A stretch of 64,000 bases of DNA from Eledone cirrhosa. Its lineage: Eukaryota. Numbering within the stretch: position 1 is the stretch's first letter; every line of letters begins with the position of its first letter. Of the stretch, positions 24,301 through 36,255 are shown piece by piece. The DNA lies in assembly GCA_964016885.1 (NCBI GenBank), contig OZ024742.1, positions 185,070,001 through 185,134,000 on the forward strand. The letters are read 5' to 3'. The notes under the pieces are model-generated. The model was not told the origin of the DNA. It made no database searches and saw only the letters and a list, made by a program, of their open reading frames with translations. The position numbers and the translations under genes were made by a program.

Positions 24301-27300
24301 GGTTAAGTTAAGTTGAGGTTAAGTTAAGTTGGGGTTAAATTCAGTTGGGGTTAAGTTAAGTTGGGGTTAAGTTAAGTTGGGGATAAGTTAAGTTGAGTTT
24401 AAGTTAAGTTGGAGTTAATTTAAGTTGAGGTTAAGTTAAGTTGTGGTTAAGTTAAGTTGTGGTTAAGTTAAGTTGGGGTTAAGTTAAGTTGGGGTTCAGT
24501 TAAGTTGGGGTTACGTTAAGTAGGGGTTAAGTTGGGGTTAAATTAAGTTGGGGTTAAGTTAAGTTGGGGTTAAGTTAAGTTGGGGTTAAGTTAAGTTGGG
24601 GTTAAGTTAAGTTGGGGTTAAGTTAAGTTGGGGTTGAGTTAAGTTGGGGTTAAGTTAAGTCGGGGTTAAGTTAAGTTGGGGTTAAGTTAAGTTGGGGTTA
24701 AGTTAAGTTGGGGTTAAGTTAAGTTGGGGTTGAGTTAAGTTGGGGTTAAGTTAAGTTGGGTTTAAGTTAAGTTGGGGTTAAGTTAAGTTGGGGTTAAGTT
24801 AAGGTGGGGTTAAGTTAAGTTGGGGTTAAGTTAAGTCGGGGTTAAGTTAAGTTGGGGTTAAGTTAAGTTGGGGTTAAGTTAAGTTGGGGTTAAGATAAGT
24901 TGGGGTTAAGTTAAGTTGGGGTTGAGTTAAGTTGGGGTTAAGTTAAGTTGGCGTTCAGTTAAGTTGCGGTTAAGTTAAGATGGTGTTAACTTAAGTCGGG
25001 GTTGAGTTAAGTTGGGGTTAAGTTAAGTTGGGGTCAAGTTAAGTTGGGGTTAAGTTAAGTTGGGGTTAAGTTAAGTTGGGGTTAAGTTAAGTCGGGGTTA
25101 AGTTAAGTTGGGGTTAAGTTAAGTTGGGGTTAAGTTAAGTTGGGGTCAAGTTAAGTTGGGGTTAAGTTAAGTTGGGGTTAAGTTAAGTTGGGGTTAAGTT
25201 AAGTCGCGGTTAAGTTAAGTTGGGGTTAAGTTAAGATGGGGTTAAGTTAAGTTGTGGTTAAGTTAAGTTGGGGTTAAGATAAGTTGGGGTTAAGTTAAGT
25301 TGCGGTTGAGTTAAGTTGGGGTTGAGTTAATTGGGGTTAAGATAAGTTGGGGTTAAGTTAAGTTGCGGTTGAGTTAAGTTGGGGTTGAGTTAATTGGGGT
25401 TAAGTTAAGTTGGGGTTAACTTAAGTTGGGTTTAAGTTAAGTTGGGGTTAAGTTAAGTTGGGGTTAAATTAAGTTGGGGTTATGATAAGTTGGGGTTAAG
25501 TTAAGTCGGGGTTAAGTTATGTCGGGGTTAAGTTAAGTTGGTGTTAAGTTAACTTGGTGTTAAGTTAAGTTGGGGTTCAGTTAAGTTGGGGTTGAGTTAA
25601 GTTGGGGGTCAAGTTAAGTTGGGGTTAAGCTAAGTTGGGGTTAAGTTAAGTTGGCGTTAAGTTAAGTTGGGGTTAATTTAAGTTTTGGTTAAGTTAAGTT
25701 GGGACTGAGTTAGGTTGGGGTCAAGTTAAGTTGGGGTTGAGTTAAGTTGGGGTTGAGTTAATTTGGGGTTAAGTTAAGTTGGGGTTAACTTAAGTTGGGG
25801 TTCAGTTAAGTTGGCGTTCAGTTAAGTTGCGGTGAAGTTAAGTTGGGGTTAACTTAAGTCGGGGTTAAGTTAAGTTGGGGTTAATTTAAGTTGGGGTCAA
25901 GTTAAGTTGGGGTTAAGTTAAGTTGGGGTTAAGTTAAGTTGGGGTTAAGTTAAGTTGCGGTTAAGTTAAGTTGGGGTCAAGTTAAGTTGGGGTTAAGTTA
26001 AGTTGGGGTTAAGTTAAGTCGCAGTTAAGTTAAGTTGGGGTTAAGTTAAGATGGGGTTAAGTTAAGTTGGGGTTAAGTTAAGTTGGGGTTAAGATAAGTT
26101 GGGGTTAAGTTAAGTTGGGGTTGAGTTAAGTTGGGGTTGAGTTAATTGGGGTTAAGTTAAGTTGGGGTTAACTTAAGTTGGGTTTAAGTTAAGTTGGGGT
26201 TAAGTTAAGTTGGGGTTAAATTAAGTTGGGGTTAAGATAAGTTGGGGTTAAGTTAAGTCGGGGTTAAGTTAAGTCGGGGTTAAGTTAAGTTGGGGTTAAG
26301 TTAACTTGCTGTTAAGTTAAGTTGGGGCTCAGTTAAGTTGGGGTTGAGTTAAGTTGGGGTCAAGTTAAGTTGGGACTAAGCTAAGTTGGGGTTAAGTTAA
26401 GTTGCGGTTAACTTAAGTTGGCGCTAAGTTAAGTGAAGGTTAAGTTAAGTTGGGGTTGAGTTAAGTTGGGGTTAAGTTAAGTTGGGGTTGAGTTAAGTTG
26501 GGGTTGAGTTAAGTTGGGGTTGAGTTAAGTTGGGGTTACGTTAAGTTGGGGTTAAGTTAAGTTGGGGTTAAGTTAAGTTTAGGTTAACTTAAGTTGGGGT
26601 TAAGTTAAGTTGGGGTTAAGTTAAGTTGGGGCTAAGTTAAGTTGGGGCTAATTTAAGTTGGGGCTAAGTTAAGTTGGGGTTAAGTTAAGGTGGGGTTTAG
26701 TTAAGTTGGGGTTGAGTTAAGTTGTGGTTGAGTTAAGTTGGGGTTAAGTTAAGTTGGGGTTAAGTTAAGTTAGGGTTAACTTAAGTTGGGGTTAATTTAA
26801 GTTGGGGTTGAGTTAAGTTGGGGTTTAATTAAGTTGGGGTTGAGTTAAGTTGGGGTTGAGTTAAGTTGGGCTTGAGTTAAGTTGGGGTTGAGTTAAGTTG
26901 GGCTTATCTTAAGTTGGGGTTAATTTAAGATGGGGTTAAGTTAAGTTGGGGTTAAGTTAATTTGGGGTTAAGTTAAGTTGGGGTTAAGTTAAGTTGGGGT
27001 TATGTTAAGTTGGGGTTAAGTTAAGTTGAGGTTAACTTAAGTTGGGGTTAAGTTAAGTTGGGGTTAAGTTAAGTTGGGGCTTAGTTAAGTTGGGGCTAAG
27101 TTAAGTTGGGGTTAAGTTAAGTTGGGGTTAAGTTAAGTTGGGGTTAAGTTAAGTTGGGGTTAAGATAAGTTGGGGTTAAGTTAAGTTGGGGTTGAGTTAA
27201 GTTGGGGTTGAGTTAATTTGGGGTTAAGTTAAGTTGGGGTTAACTTAAGTTGGGGTTCAGTTAAGTTGGCGTTCAGTTAAGTTGCGGTGAAGTTAAGTTG

Positions 27301-27870
27301 GGGTTAACTTAAGTCGGGGTTAAGTTAAGTTGGGGTTAAGTTAAGTTGGGGTGAAGTTAAGTTGGGGTTAAGTTAAGTTGGGGTTATGTTAAGTTGGCGT
27401 TCAGTTAAGTTGCGGTGAAGTTAAGTTGGGGTTAACTTAAGTCGGGGTTAAGTTAAGTTGGGGTTAAGTTAAGTTGGGGTCAAGTTAAGTTGGGGTTAAG
27501 TTAAGTTGGGGTTATGTTAAGTTGGGGTTAAGTTAAGTTGGGGTTAAGTTAAGTCGGGTTTAAGTTAAGTTGGGGTTAAGTTAATTGGGGGTAAGTTAAG
27601 TTTGGGTTAAGTTGGGGTTAAGTTAAGTTAGGGTTAAGTTACGTTGGGGTTGAGTTAAGTTGGGGTTAATTTAAATTGGGGTTAAGTTAACTTTGTGGTT
27701 AAGTTAAGTTGGGGTTAAGTTAAGTTGAGGTTAAGTTAATTTGAGGTTAAGTTAAGTTGGGGTTAAGTTAAGTTGGGGTTAAATTAAGCTGGGTTGAAGT
27801 TAAGTTGGGGTTAAGTTAAGTTGGGGTTAAGTTAAGTTGGGGTCAAGTTAAGTTGGGGTTAAGTTAAGTT
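20195..27870 (+). repeat. Copy 1 of a 7672-bp tandem block duplication
   Basis: GGGGCTTAG 20279 recurs at 27951 and AAGCTT 20466 at 28138 (+7672). The distal part matches at +12230 to +12246 (25204 to 37434; 26019 to 38249; 26903 to 39133). Confidence 0.88.
25131..27870 (+). repeat. Copy of window positions 1-2740 (offset 25130)
   Basis: Markers 74 to 25204, 889 to 26019 and 1773 to 26903. The match ends at 2741 (TTAGGG...AAGCTT) versus 27871. Confidence 0.88.
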
Positions 27871-27944
27871 GGGGTTAAGTTAAGTCGGGGTTAAGTTAAG
27901 TCGGGGTTAAGTTAAGTTGGGGTTAAGTTAACTTGGTGTTAAGT

Positions 27945-30900
27945 TAAGTTGGGGCTTAGTTAAGTTGGGGTTGAGTTAAGTTGGGGTCAAGTTAAGTTGG
28001 GACTAAGCTAAGTTGGGGTTAAGTTAAGTTGGGGTTAAGTTAAGTTGGCGCTAAGTTAATTGAAGGTTAAGTTAAGTTGGGGTTGAGTTAAGTTGGGGTT
28101 AAGTTAAGTTGGGGTTAAGTTAAGTTAGGGTTAAGTTAAGCTTGGGTTAAGTTAAGTTGGGGTTGAGTTAATTTGGGGTTGAGTTAAGTTGGGGTTGAGT
28201 TAAGTTGGGGTTGAGTTAAGTTGGGGTTAAGTTAAGTTGGGGTTAACTTAAGTTGGGGTTAAGTTAAGTTGGGGTCAATTTAAGTTGAGGTTAAGTTAAC
28301 TTGGGATTAAGTTAAGTTGGGGTTAACTTAAATTGAGGTTAAGTTAAGTTGGGGTTAAGTTAAGTTGGGGGTAAGTTAAGTTGGGGGTAAGTTACGTTGG
28401 GGTTGAGTTAAGTTGGGGTTAAGTTAAGTTGGGGTTAAGTTAAGTTGGGGTTAAGTTAAGTCGGGGTTAAGTTAATTTGGGGTTCAGTTAAGTTGGGGTT
28501 AAGTTAAGTTGGGGCTGAGTTAAGTTGGGGTCAAGTTAAGTTGGGGTTGAGTTAAGTTGGGGTTAAGTTAACTTGGGGTTAATTTAAGTTGGGGTTAAGC
28601 CAAATTGGGTTTGAGTTAAGTTAGGGTTAAGTTAAGTTGGGGTTAAGTTAAGTTGGGGTTAAGTTAAGTTGGGGTTAAGTTAAGTTGGGGTTAAATTAAG
28701 CTGGGTTTAAGTTAAGTTGGGGTTAAGTTAAGTTGGGGTTAAGTTAAGTTGGGGTTAAGTTAAGTTGAGGTTAAGTTAAGTTGGGGTTAAATTCAGTTGG
28801 GGTTAAGTTAAGTTGGGGTTAAGTTAAGTTGGGGATAAGTTAAGTTGAGTTTAAGTTAAGTTGGAGTTAATTTAAGTTGAGGTTAAGTTAAGTTGTGGTT
28901 AAGTTAAGTTGGGTTAAGTTAAGTTGGGGTTAAGTTAAGTTGGGGTTCAGTTAAGTTGGGGTTAAGTTAAGTAGGGGTTAAGTTGGGGTTAAATTAAGTT
29001 GGGGTTAAGTTAAGTTGGGGTTAAGTTAAGTTGGGGTTAAGTTAAGTTGGGGTTAAGTTAAGTTGGGGTTGAGTTAAGTTGGGGTTAAGTTAAGTCGGGG
29101 TTAAGTTAAGTTGGGGTTAAGTTAAGTTGGGGTTAAGTTAAGTTGGGGTTAAGTTAAGTTGGGGTTGAGTTAAGTTGGGGTTAAGTTAAGTTGGGTTTAA
29201 GTTAAGTTGGGGTTAAGTTAAGTTGGGGTTAAGTTAAGGTGGGGTTAAGTTAAGTTGGGGTTAAGTTAAGTCGGGGTTAAGTTAAGTTGGGGTTAAGTTA
29301 AGTTGGGGTTAAGTTAAGTTGGGGCTGAGTTAAGTTGGGGTCAAGTTAAGTTGGGGTTGAGTTAAGTTGGGGTTAAGTTAACTTGGGGTTAATTTAAGTT
29401 GGGGTTAAGCCAAATTGGGTTTGAGTTAAGTTAGGGTTAAGTTAAGTTGGGGTTAAGTTAAGTTGGGGTTAAGTTAAGTTGGGGTTAAGTTAAGTTGGGG
29501 TTAAATTAAGCTGGGTTTAAGTTAAGTTGGGGTTAAGTTAAGTTGGGGTTAAGTTAAGTTGGGGTTAAGTTAAGTTGAGGTTAAGTTAAGTTGGGGTTAA
29601 ATTCAGTTGGGGTTAAGTTAAGTTGGGGTTAAGTTAAGTTGGGGATAAGTTAAGTTGAGTTTAAGTTAAGTTGGAGTTAATTTAAGTTGAGGTTAAGTTA
29701 AGTTGTGGTTAAGTTAAGTTGGGTTAAGTTAAGTTGGGGTTAAGTTAAGTTGGGGTTCAGTTAAGTTGGGGTTAAGTTAAGTAGGGGTTAAGTTGGGGTT
29801 AAATTAAGTTGGGGTTAAGTTAAGTTGGGGTTAAGTTAAGTTGGGGTTAAGTTAAGTTGGGGTTAAGTTAAGTTGGGGTTGAGTTAAGTTGGGGTTAAGT
29901 TAAGTCGGGGTTAAGTTAAGTTGGGGTTAAGTTAAGTTGGGGTTAAGTTAAGTTGGGGTTAAGTTAAGTTGGGGTTGAGTTAAGTTGGGGTTAAGTTAAG
30001 TTGGGTTTAAGTTAAGTTGGGGTTAAGTTAAGTTGGGGTTAAGTTAAGGTGGGGTTAAGTTAAGTTGGGGTTAAGTTAAGTCGGGGTTAAGTTAAGTTGG
30101 GGTTAAGTTAAGTTGGGGTTAAGTTAAGTTGGGGTTAAGTTAAGTTCGGGTTAAGATAAGTTGGGGTTAAGTTAAGTTGGGGTTGAGTTAAGTTGGGGTT
30201 AAGTTAAGTTGGCGTTCAGTTAAGTTGCGGTTAACTTAAGTTGGGGTTAACTTAAGTCGGGGTTAAGTTAAGTTGGGGTTAAGTTAAGTTGGGGTCAAGT
30301 TAAGTTGGGGTTAAGTTAAGTTGGGGTTAAGTTAAGTTGGGGTTAAGTTAAGTCGGGGTTAAGTTAAGTTGGGGTTAAGTTAAGTTGGGGTTAAGTTAAG
30401 TCGCGGTTAAGTTAAGTTGGGGTTAAGTTAAGATGGGGTTAAGTTAAGTTGTGGTTAAGTTAAGTTGGGGTTAAGATAAGTTGGGGTTAAGTTAAGTTGC
30501 GGTTGAGTTAAGTTGGGGTTGAGTTAATTGGGGTTAAGTTAAGTTGGGGTTAACTTAAGTTGGGTTTAAGTTAAGTTGGGGTTAAGTTAAGTTGGGGTTA
30601 AATTAAGTTGGGGTTATGATAAGTTGGGGTTAAGTTAAGTCGGGGTTAAGTTATGTCGGGGTTAAGTTAAGTTGGTGTTAAGTTAACTTGGTGTTAAGTT
30701 AAGTTGGGGTTCAGTTAAGTTGGGGTTGAGTTAAGTTGGGGGTCAAGTTAAGTTGGGGTTAAGCTAAGTTGGGGTTAAGTTAAGTTGGGGTTAAGTTAAG
30801 TTGGGGTTAATTTAAGTTTTGGTTAAGTTAAGTTGGGGCTGAGTTAAGTTGGGGTCAAGTTAAGTTGGGGTTGAGTTAAGAAGGGGTTAAGTGAACTTGG

Positions 30901-33900
30901 GGTTAAGTTAAGTTGGGGTTAAGTTAAGTTGGGGTTAAGTTAAGTTGGGGTTAAGTTAAGTTGGGGTTAAGATAAGTTGGGGTTAAGTTAAGTTGGGGTT
31001 GAGTTAAGTTGGGGTTGAGTTAATTTGGGGTTAAGTTAAGTTGGGGTTAACTTAAGTTGGGGTTCAGTTAAGTTGGCGTTCAGTTAAGTTGCGGTGAAGT
31101 TAAGTTGGGGTTAACTTAAGTCGGGGTTAAGTTAAGTTGGGGTTAATTTAAGTTGGGGTCAAGTTAAGTTGGGGTTAAGTTAAGTTGGGGTTATGTTAAG
31201 TTGGGGTTAAGTTAAGTTGGGGTTAAGTTAAGTCGGGGTTAAGTTAAGTTGGGGTTAAGTTAAGTTGCGGTTAAGTTGAGTTGGGGTCAAGTTAAGTTGG
31301 GGTTAAGTTAAGTTGGGGTTAAGTTAAGTCGCGGTTAAGTTAAGTTGGGGTTAAGTTAAGATGGGGTTAAGTTAAGTTGGGGTTAAGTTAAGTTGGGGTT
31401 AAGATAAGTTGGGGTTAAGTTAAGTTGGGGTTGAGTTAAGTTGGGGTTGAGTTAATTGGGGTTAAGTTAAGTTGGGGTTAACTTAAGTTGGGTTTAAGTT
31501 AAGTTGGGGTTAAGTTAAGTTGGGGTTAAATTAAGTTGGGGTTAAGATAAGTTGGGGTTAAGTTAAGTCGGGGTTAAGTTAAGTCGGGTTTAAGTTAAGT
31601 TGGGGTTAAGTTAACGTGCTGTTAAGTTAAGTTGGGGCTCAGTTAAGTTGGGGTTGAGTTAAGTTGGGGTCAAGTTAAGTTGGGACTAAGCTAAGTTGGG
31701 GTTAAGTTAAGTTGGGGTTAAGTTAAGTTGGCGCTAAGTTAAGTGAAGGTTAAGTTAAGTCGGGGTTAAGTTAAGTTGGGGTTAAGTTAAGTTGGGGTTA
31801 AGTTAAGTTGGGGTCAAGTTAAGTTGGGGTTAAGTTAAGTTGGGGTTAAGTTAAGTCGCGGTTAAGTTAAGTTGGGGTTAAGTTAAGATGGGGTTAAGTT
31901 AAGTTGGGGTTAAGTTAAGTTGGGGTTAAGATAAGTTGGGGTTCAGTTAAGTTGGGGTTGAGTTAAGTTGGGGTTGAGTTAATTGGGGGTAAGTTAAGTT
32001 GGGGGTAAGTTAAGTTTGGGTTAAGTTGGGGTTAAGTTAAGTTAGGGTTAAGTTACGTTGGGGTTGAGTTAAGTTGGGGTTAATTTAAATTGGGGTTAAG
32101 TTAACTTTGTGGTTAAGTTAAGTTGGGGTTAAGTTAAGTTGAGGTTAATTTAAGTTGAGGTTAAGTTAAGTTGGGGTTAAGTTAAGTTGGGGTTAAATTA
32201 AGCTGGGTTGAAGTTAAGTTGGGGTTAAGTTAAGTTGGGGTTAAGTTAAGTTGGGGTTAAGTTAAGTTGGGGTTAAGTTAAGTCGGGGTTAAGTTAATTT
32301 GGGGTTCAGTTAAGTTGGGGTTAAGTTAAGTTGGGGCTTATTTAAGTTGGGGTTAAGTTAAGTTGTGGTTAAGTTAAGTTGGGGTTAAGTTAAGTCGGGG
32401 TTAAGTTAAGTCGGGGTTAAGTTAAGTTGTGGTTAAGTTAAGTTGGGGTTAAGTTAAGTTGGGGTTGAGTTAAGTTAGGGATAAGCTAAGTTGGCTTTAA
32501 GTTAAGTTGGGGCTTAGTTAAGTTGGGGTTGAGTTAAGTTGGGGTCAAGTTAAGTTGGGACTAAGCTAAGTTGGGGTTAAGTTAAGTTGGGGTTAAGTTA
32601 AGTTGGCGCTAAGTTAATTGAAGGTTAAGTTAAGTTGGGGTTGAGTTAAGTTGGGGTTAAGTTAAGTTGGGGTTAAGTTAAGTTAGGGTTAAGTTAAGCT
32701 TGGGTTAAGTTAAGTTGGGGTTGAGTTAATTTGGGGTTGAGTTAAGTTGGGGTTGAGTTAAGTTGGGGTTGAGTTAAGTTGGGGTTAAGTTAAGTTGGGG
32801 TTAACTTAAGTTGGGGTTAAGTTAAGTTGGGGTCAATTTAAGTTGAGGTTAAGTTAACTTGGGATTAAGTTAAGTTGGGGTTAACTTAAATTGAGGTTAA
32901 GTTAAGTTGGGGTTAAGTTAAGTTGGGGGTAAGTTAAGTTGGGGGTAAGTTACGTTGGGGTTGAGTTAAGTTGGGGTTAAGTTAAGTTGGGGTTAAGTTA
33001 AGTTGGGGTTAAGTTAAGTCGGGGTTAAGTTAATTTGGGGTTCAGTTAAGTTGGGGTTAAGTTAAGTTGGGGCTGAGTTAAGTTGGGGTCAAGTTAAGTT
33101 GGGGTTGAGTTAAGTTGGGGTTAAGTTAACTTGGGGTTAATTTAAGTTGGGGTTAAGCCAAATTGGGTTTGAGTTAAGTTAGGGTTAAGTTAAGTTGGGG
33201 TTAAGTTAAGTTGGGGTTAAGTTAAGTTGGGGTTAAGTTAAGTTGGGGTTAAATTAAGCTGGGTTTAAGTTAAGTTGGGGTTAAGTTAAGTTGGGGTTAA
33301 GTTAAGTTGGGGTTAAGTTAAGTTGAGGTTAAGTTAAGTTGGGGTTAAATTCAGTTGGGGTTAAGTTAAGTTGGTGTTAAGTTAAGTTGGGGATAAGTTA
33401 AGTTGAGTTTAAGTTAAGTTGGAGTTAATTTAAGTTGAGGTTAAGTTAAGTTGTGGTTAAGTTAAGTTGGGTTAAGTTAAGTTGGGGTTAAGTTAAGTTG
33501 GGGTTCAGTTAAGTTGGGGTTAAGTTAAGTAGGGGTTAAGTTGGGGTTAAATTAAGTTGGGGTTAAGTTAAGTTGGGGTTAAGTTAAGTTGGGGTTAAGT
33601 TAAGTTGGGGTTAAGTTAAGTTGGGGTTGAGTTAAGTTGGGGTTAAGTTAAGTCGGGGTTAAGTTAAGTTGGGGTTAAGTTAAGTTGGGGTTAAGTTAAG
33701 TTGGGGTTAAGTTAAGTTGGGGTTGAGTTAAGTTGGGGTTAAGTTAAGTTGGGTTTAAGTTAAGTTGGGGTTAAGTTAAGTTGGGGTTAAGTTAAGGTGG
33801 GGTTAAGTTAAGTTGGGGTTAAGTTAAGTCGGGGTTAAGTTAAGTTGGGGTTAAGTTAAGTTGGGGTTAAGTTAAGTTGGGGTTAAGTTAAGTTCGGGTT

Positions 33901-36255
33901 AAGATAAGTTGGGGTTAAGTTAAGTTGGGGTTGAGTTAAGTTGGGGTTAAGTTAAGTTGGCGTTCAGTTAAGTTGCGGTTAACTTAAGTTGGGGTTAACT
34001 TAAGTCGGGGTTAAGTTAAGTTGGGGTTAAGTTAAGTTGGGGTCAAGTTAAGTTGGGGTTAAGTTAAGTTGGGGTTAAGTTAAGTTGGGGTTAAGTTAAG
34101 TCGGGGTTAAGTTAAGTTGGGGTTAAGTTAAGTTGGGGTTAAGTTAAGTCGCGGTTAAGTTAAGTTGGGGTTAAGTTAAGATGGGGTTAAGTTAAGTTGT
34201 GGTTAAGTTAAGTTGGGGTTAAGATAAGTTGGGGTTAAGTTAAGTTGCGGTTGAGTTAAGTTGGGGTTGAGTTAATTGGGGTTAAGTTAAGTTGGGGTTA
34301 ACTTAAGTTGGGTTTAAGTTAAGTTGGGGTTAAGTTAAGTTGGGGTTAAATTAAGTTGGGGTTATGATAAGTTGGGGTTAAGTTAAGTCGGGGTTAAGTT
34401 ATGTCGGGGTTAAGTTAAGTTGGTGTTAAGTTAACTTGGTGTTAAGTTAAGTTGGGGTTCAGTTAAGTTGGGGTTGAGTTAAGTTGGGGGTCAAGTTAAG
34501 TTGGGGTTAAGCTAAGTTGGGGTTAAGTTAAGTTGGGGTTAAGTTAAGTTGGGGTTAATTTAAGTTTTGGTTAAGTTAAGTTGGGGCTGAGTTAAGTTGG
34601 GGTCAAGTTAAGTTGGGGTTGAGTTAAGAAGGGGTTAAGTGAACTTGGGGTTAAGTTAAGTTGGGGTTAAGTTAAGTTGGGGTTAAGTTAAGTTGGGGTT
34701 AAGTTAAGTTGGGGTTAAGATAAGTTGGGGTTAAGTTAAGTTGGGGTTGAGTTAAGTTGGGGTTGAGTTAATTTGGGGTTAAGTTAAGTTGGGGTTAACT
34801 TAAGTTGGGGTTCAGTTAAGTTGGCGTTCAGTTAAGTTGCGGTGAAGTTAAGTTGGGGTTAACTTAAGTCGGGGTTAAGTTAAGTTGGGGTTAATTTAAG
34901 TTGGGGTCAAGTTAAGTTGGGGTTAAGTTAAGTTGGGGTTATGTTAAGTTGGGGTTAAGTTAAGTTGGGGTTAAGTTAAGTCGGGGTTAAGTTAAGTTGG
35001 GGTTAAGTTAAGTTGCGGTTAAGTTGAGTTGGGGTCAAGTTAAGTTGGGGTTAAGTTAAGTTGGGGTTAAGTTAAGTCGCGGTTAAGTTAAGTTGGGGTT
35101 AAGTTAAGATGGGGTTAAGTTAAGTTGGGGTTAAGTTAAGTTGGGGTTAAGATAAGTTGGGGTTAAGTTAAGTTGGGGTTGAGTTAAGTTGGGGTTGAGT
35201 TAATTGGGGTTAAGTTAAGTTGGGGTTAACTTAAGTTGGGTTTAAGTTAAGTTGGGGTTAAGTTAAGTTGGGGTTAAATTAAGTTGGGGTTAAGATAAGT
35301 TGGGGTTAAGTTAAGTCGGGGTTAAGTTAAGTCGGGTTTAAGTTAAGTTGGGGTTAAGTTAACGTGCTGTTAAGTTAAGTTGGGGCTCAGTTAAGTTGGG
35401 GTTGAGTTAAGTTGGGGTCAAGTTAAGTTGGGACTAAGCTAAGTTGGGGTTAAGTTAAGTTGGGGTTAAGTTAAGTTGGCGCTAAGTTAAGTGAAGGTTA
35501 AGTTAAGTCGGGGTTAAGTTAAGTTGGGGTTAAGTTAAGTTGGGGTTAAGTTAAGTTGGGGTCAAGTTAAGTTGGGGTTAAGTTAAGTTGGGGTTAAGTT
35601 AAGTCGCGGTTAAGTTAAGTTGGGGTTAAGTTAAGATGGGGTTAAGTTAAGTTGGGGTTAAGTTAAGTTGGGGTTAAGATAAGTTGGGGTTCAGTTAAGT
35701 TGGGGTTGAGTTAAGTTGGGGTTGAGTTAATTGGGGGTAAGTTAAGTTGGGGGTAAGTTAAGTTTGGGTTAAGTTGGGGTTAAGTTAAGTTAGGGTTAAG
35801 TTACGTTGGGGTTGAGTTAAGTTGGGGTTAATTTAAATTGGGGTTAAGTTAACTTTGTGGTTAAGTTAAGTTGGGGTTAAGTTAAGTTGAGGTTAATTTA
35901 AGTTGAGGTTAAGTTAAGTTGGGGTTAAGTTAAGTTGGGGTTAAATTAAGCTGGGTTGAAGTTAAGTTGGGGTTAAGTTAAGTTGGGGTTAAGTTAAGTT
36001 GGGGTTAAGTTAAGTTGGGGTTAAGTTAAGTCGGGGTTAAGTTAATTTGGGGTTCAGTTAAGTTGGGGTTAAGTTAAGTTGGGGCTTATTTAAGTTGGGG
36101 TTAAGTTAAGTTGTGGTTAAGTTAAGTTGGGGTTAAGTTAAGTCGGGGTTAAGTTAAGTCGGGGTTAAGTTAAGTTGTGGTTAAGTTAAGTTGGGGTTAA
36201 GTTAAGTTGGGGTTGAGTTAAGTTAGGGATAAGCTAAATTGGCTTTAAGTTAAGT
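27945..36255 (+). repeat. Tandem duplication of a 3748-bp unit (27945-32505, which includes the 810-bp duplication, and 32506-36255)
   Basis: TCGCGG 30401/31329/31856 recur at 34149/35077/35604. GAAGGGG 30880 recurs at 34628 and GGCTTTAAG 32493 at 36241 (all +3748). At about 32505 the sequence jumps back to the 27951 context. Confidence 0.9.
28500..30120 (+). repeat. 810-bp tandem duplication
   Basis: GGGGCTGAG at 28511 and 29321; GGGGTTAAGCCAAATTGGG at 28591 and 29401. Intervening variants are in the same order. Confidence 0.9.
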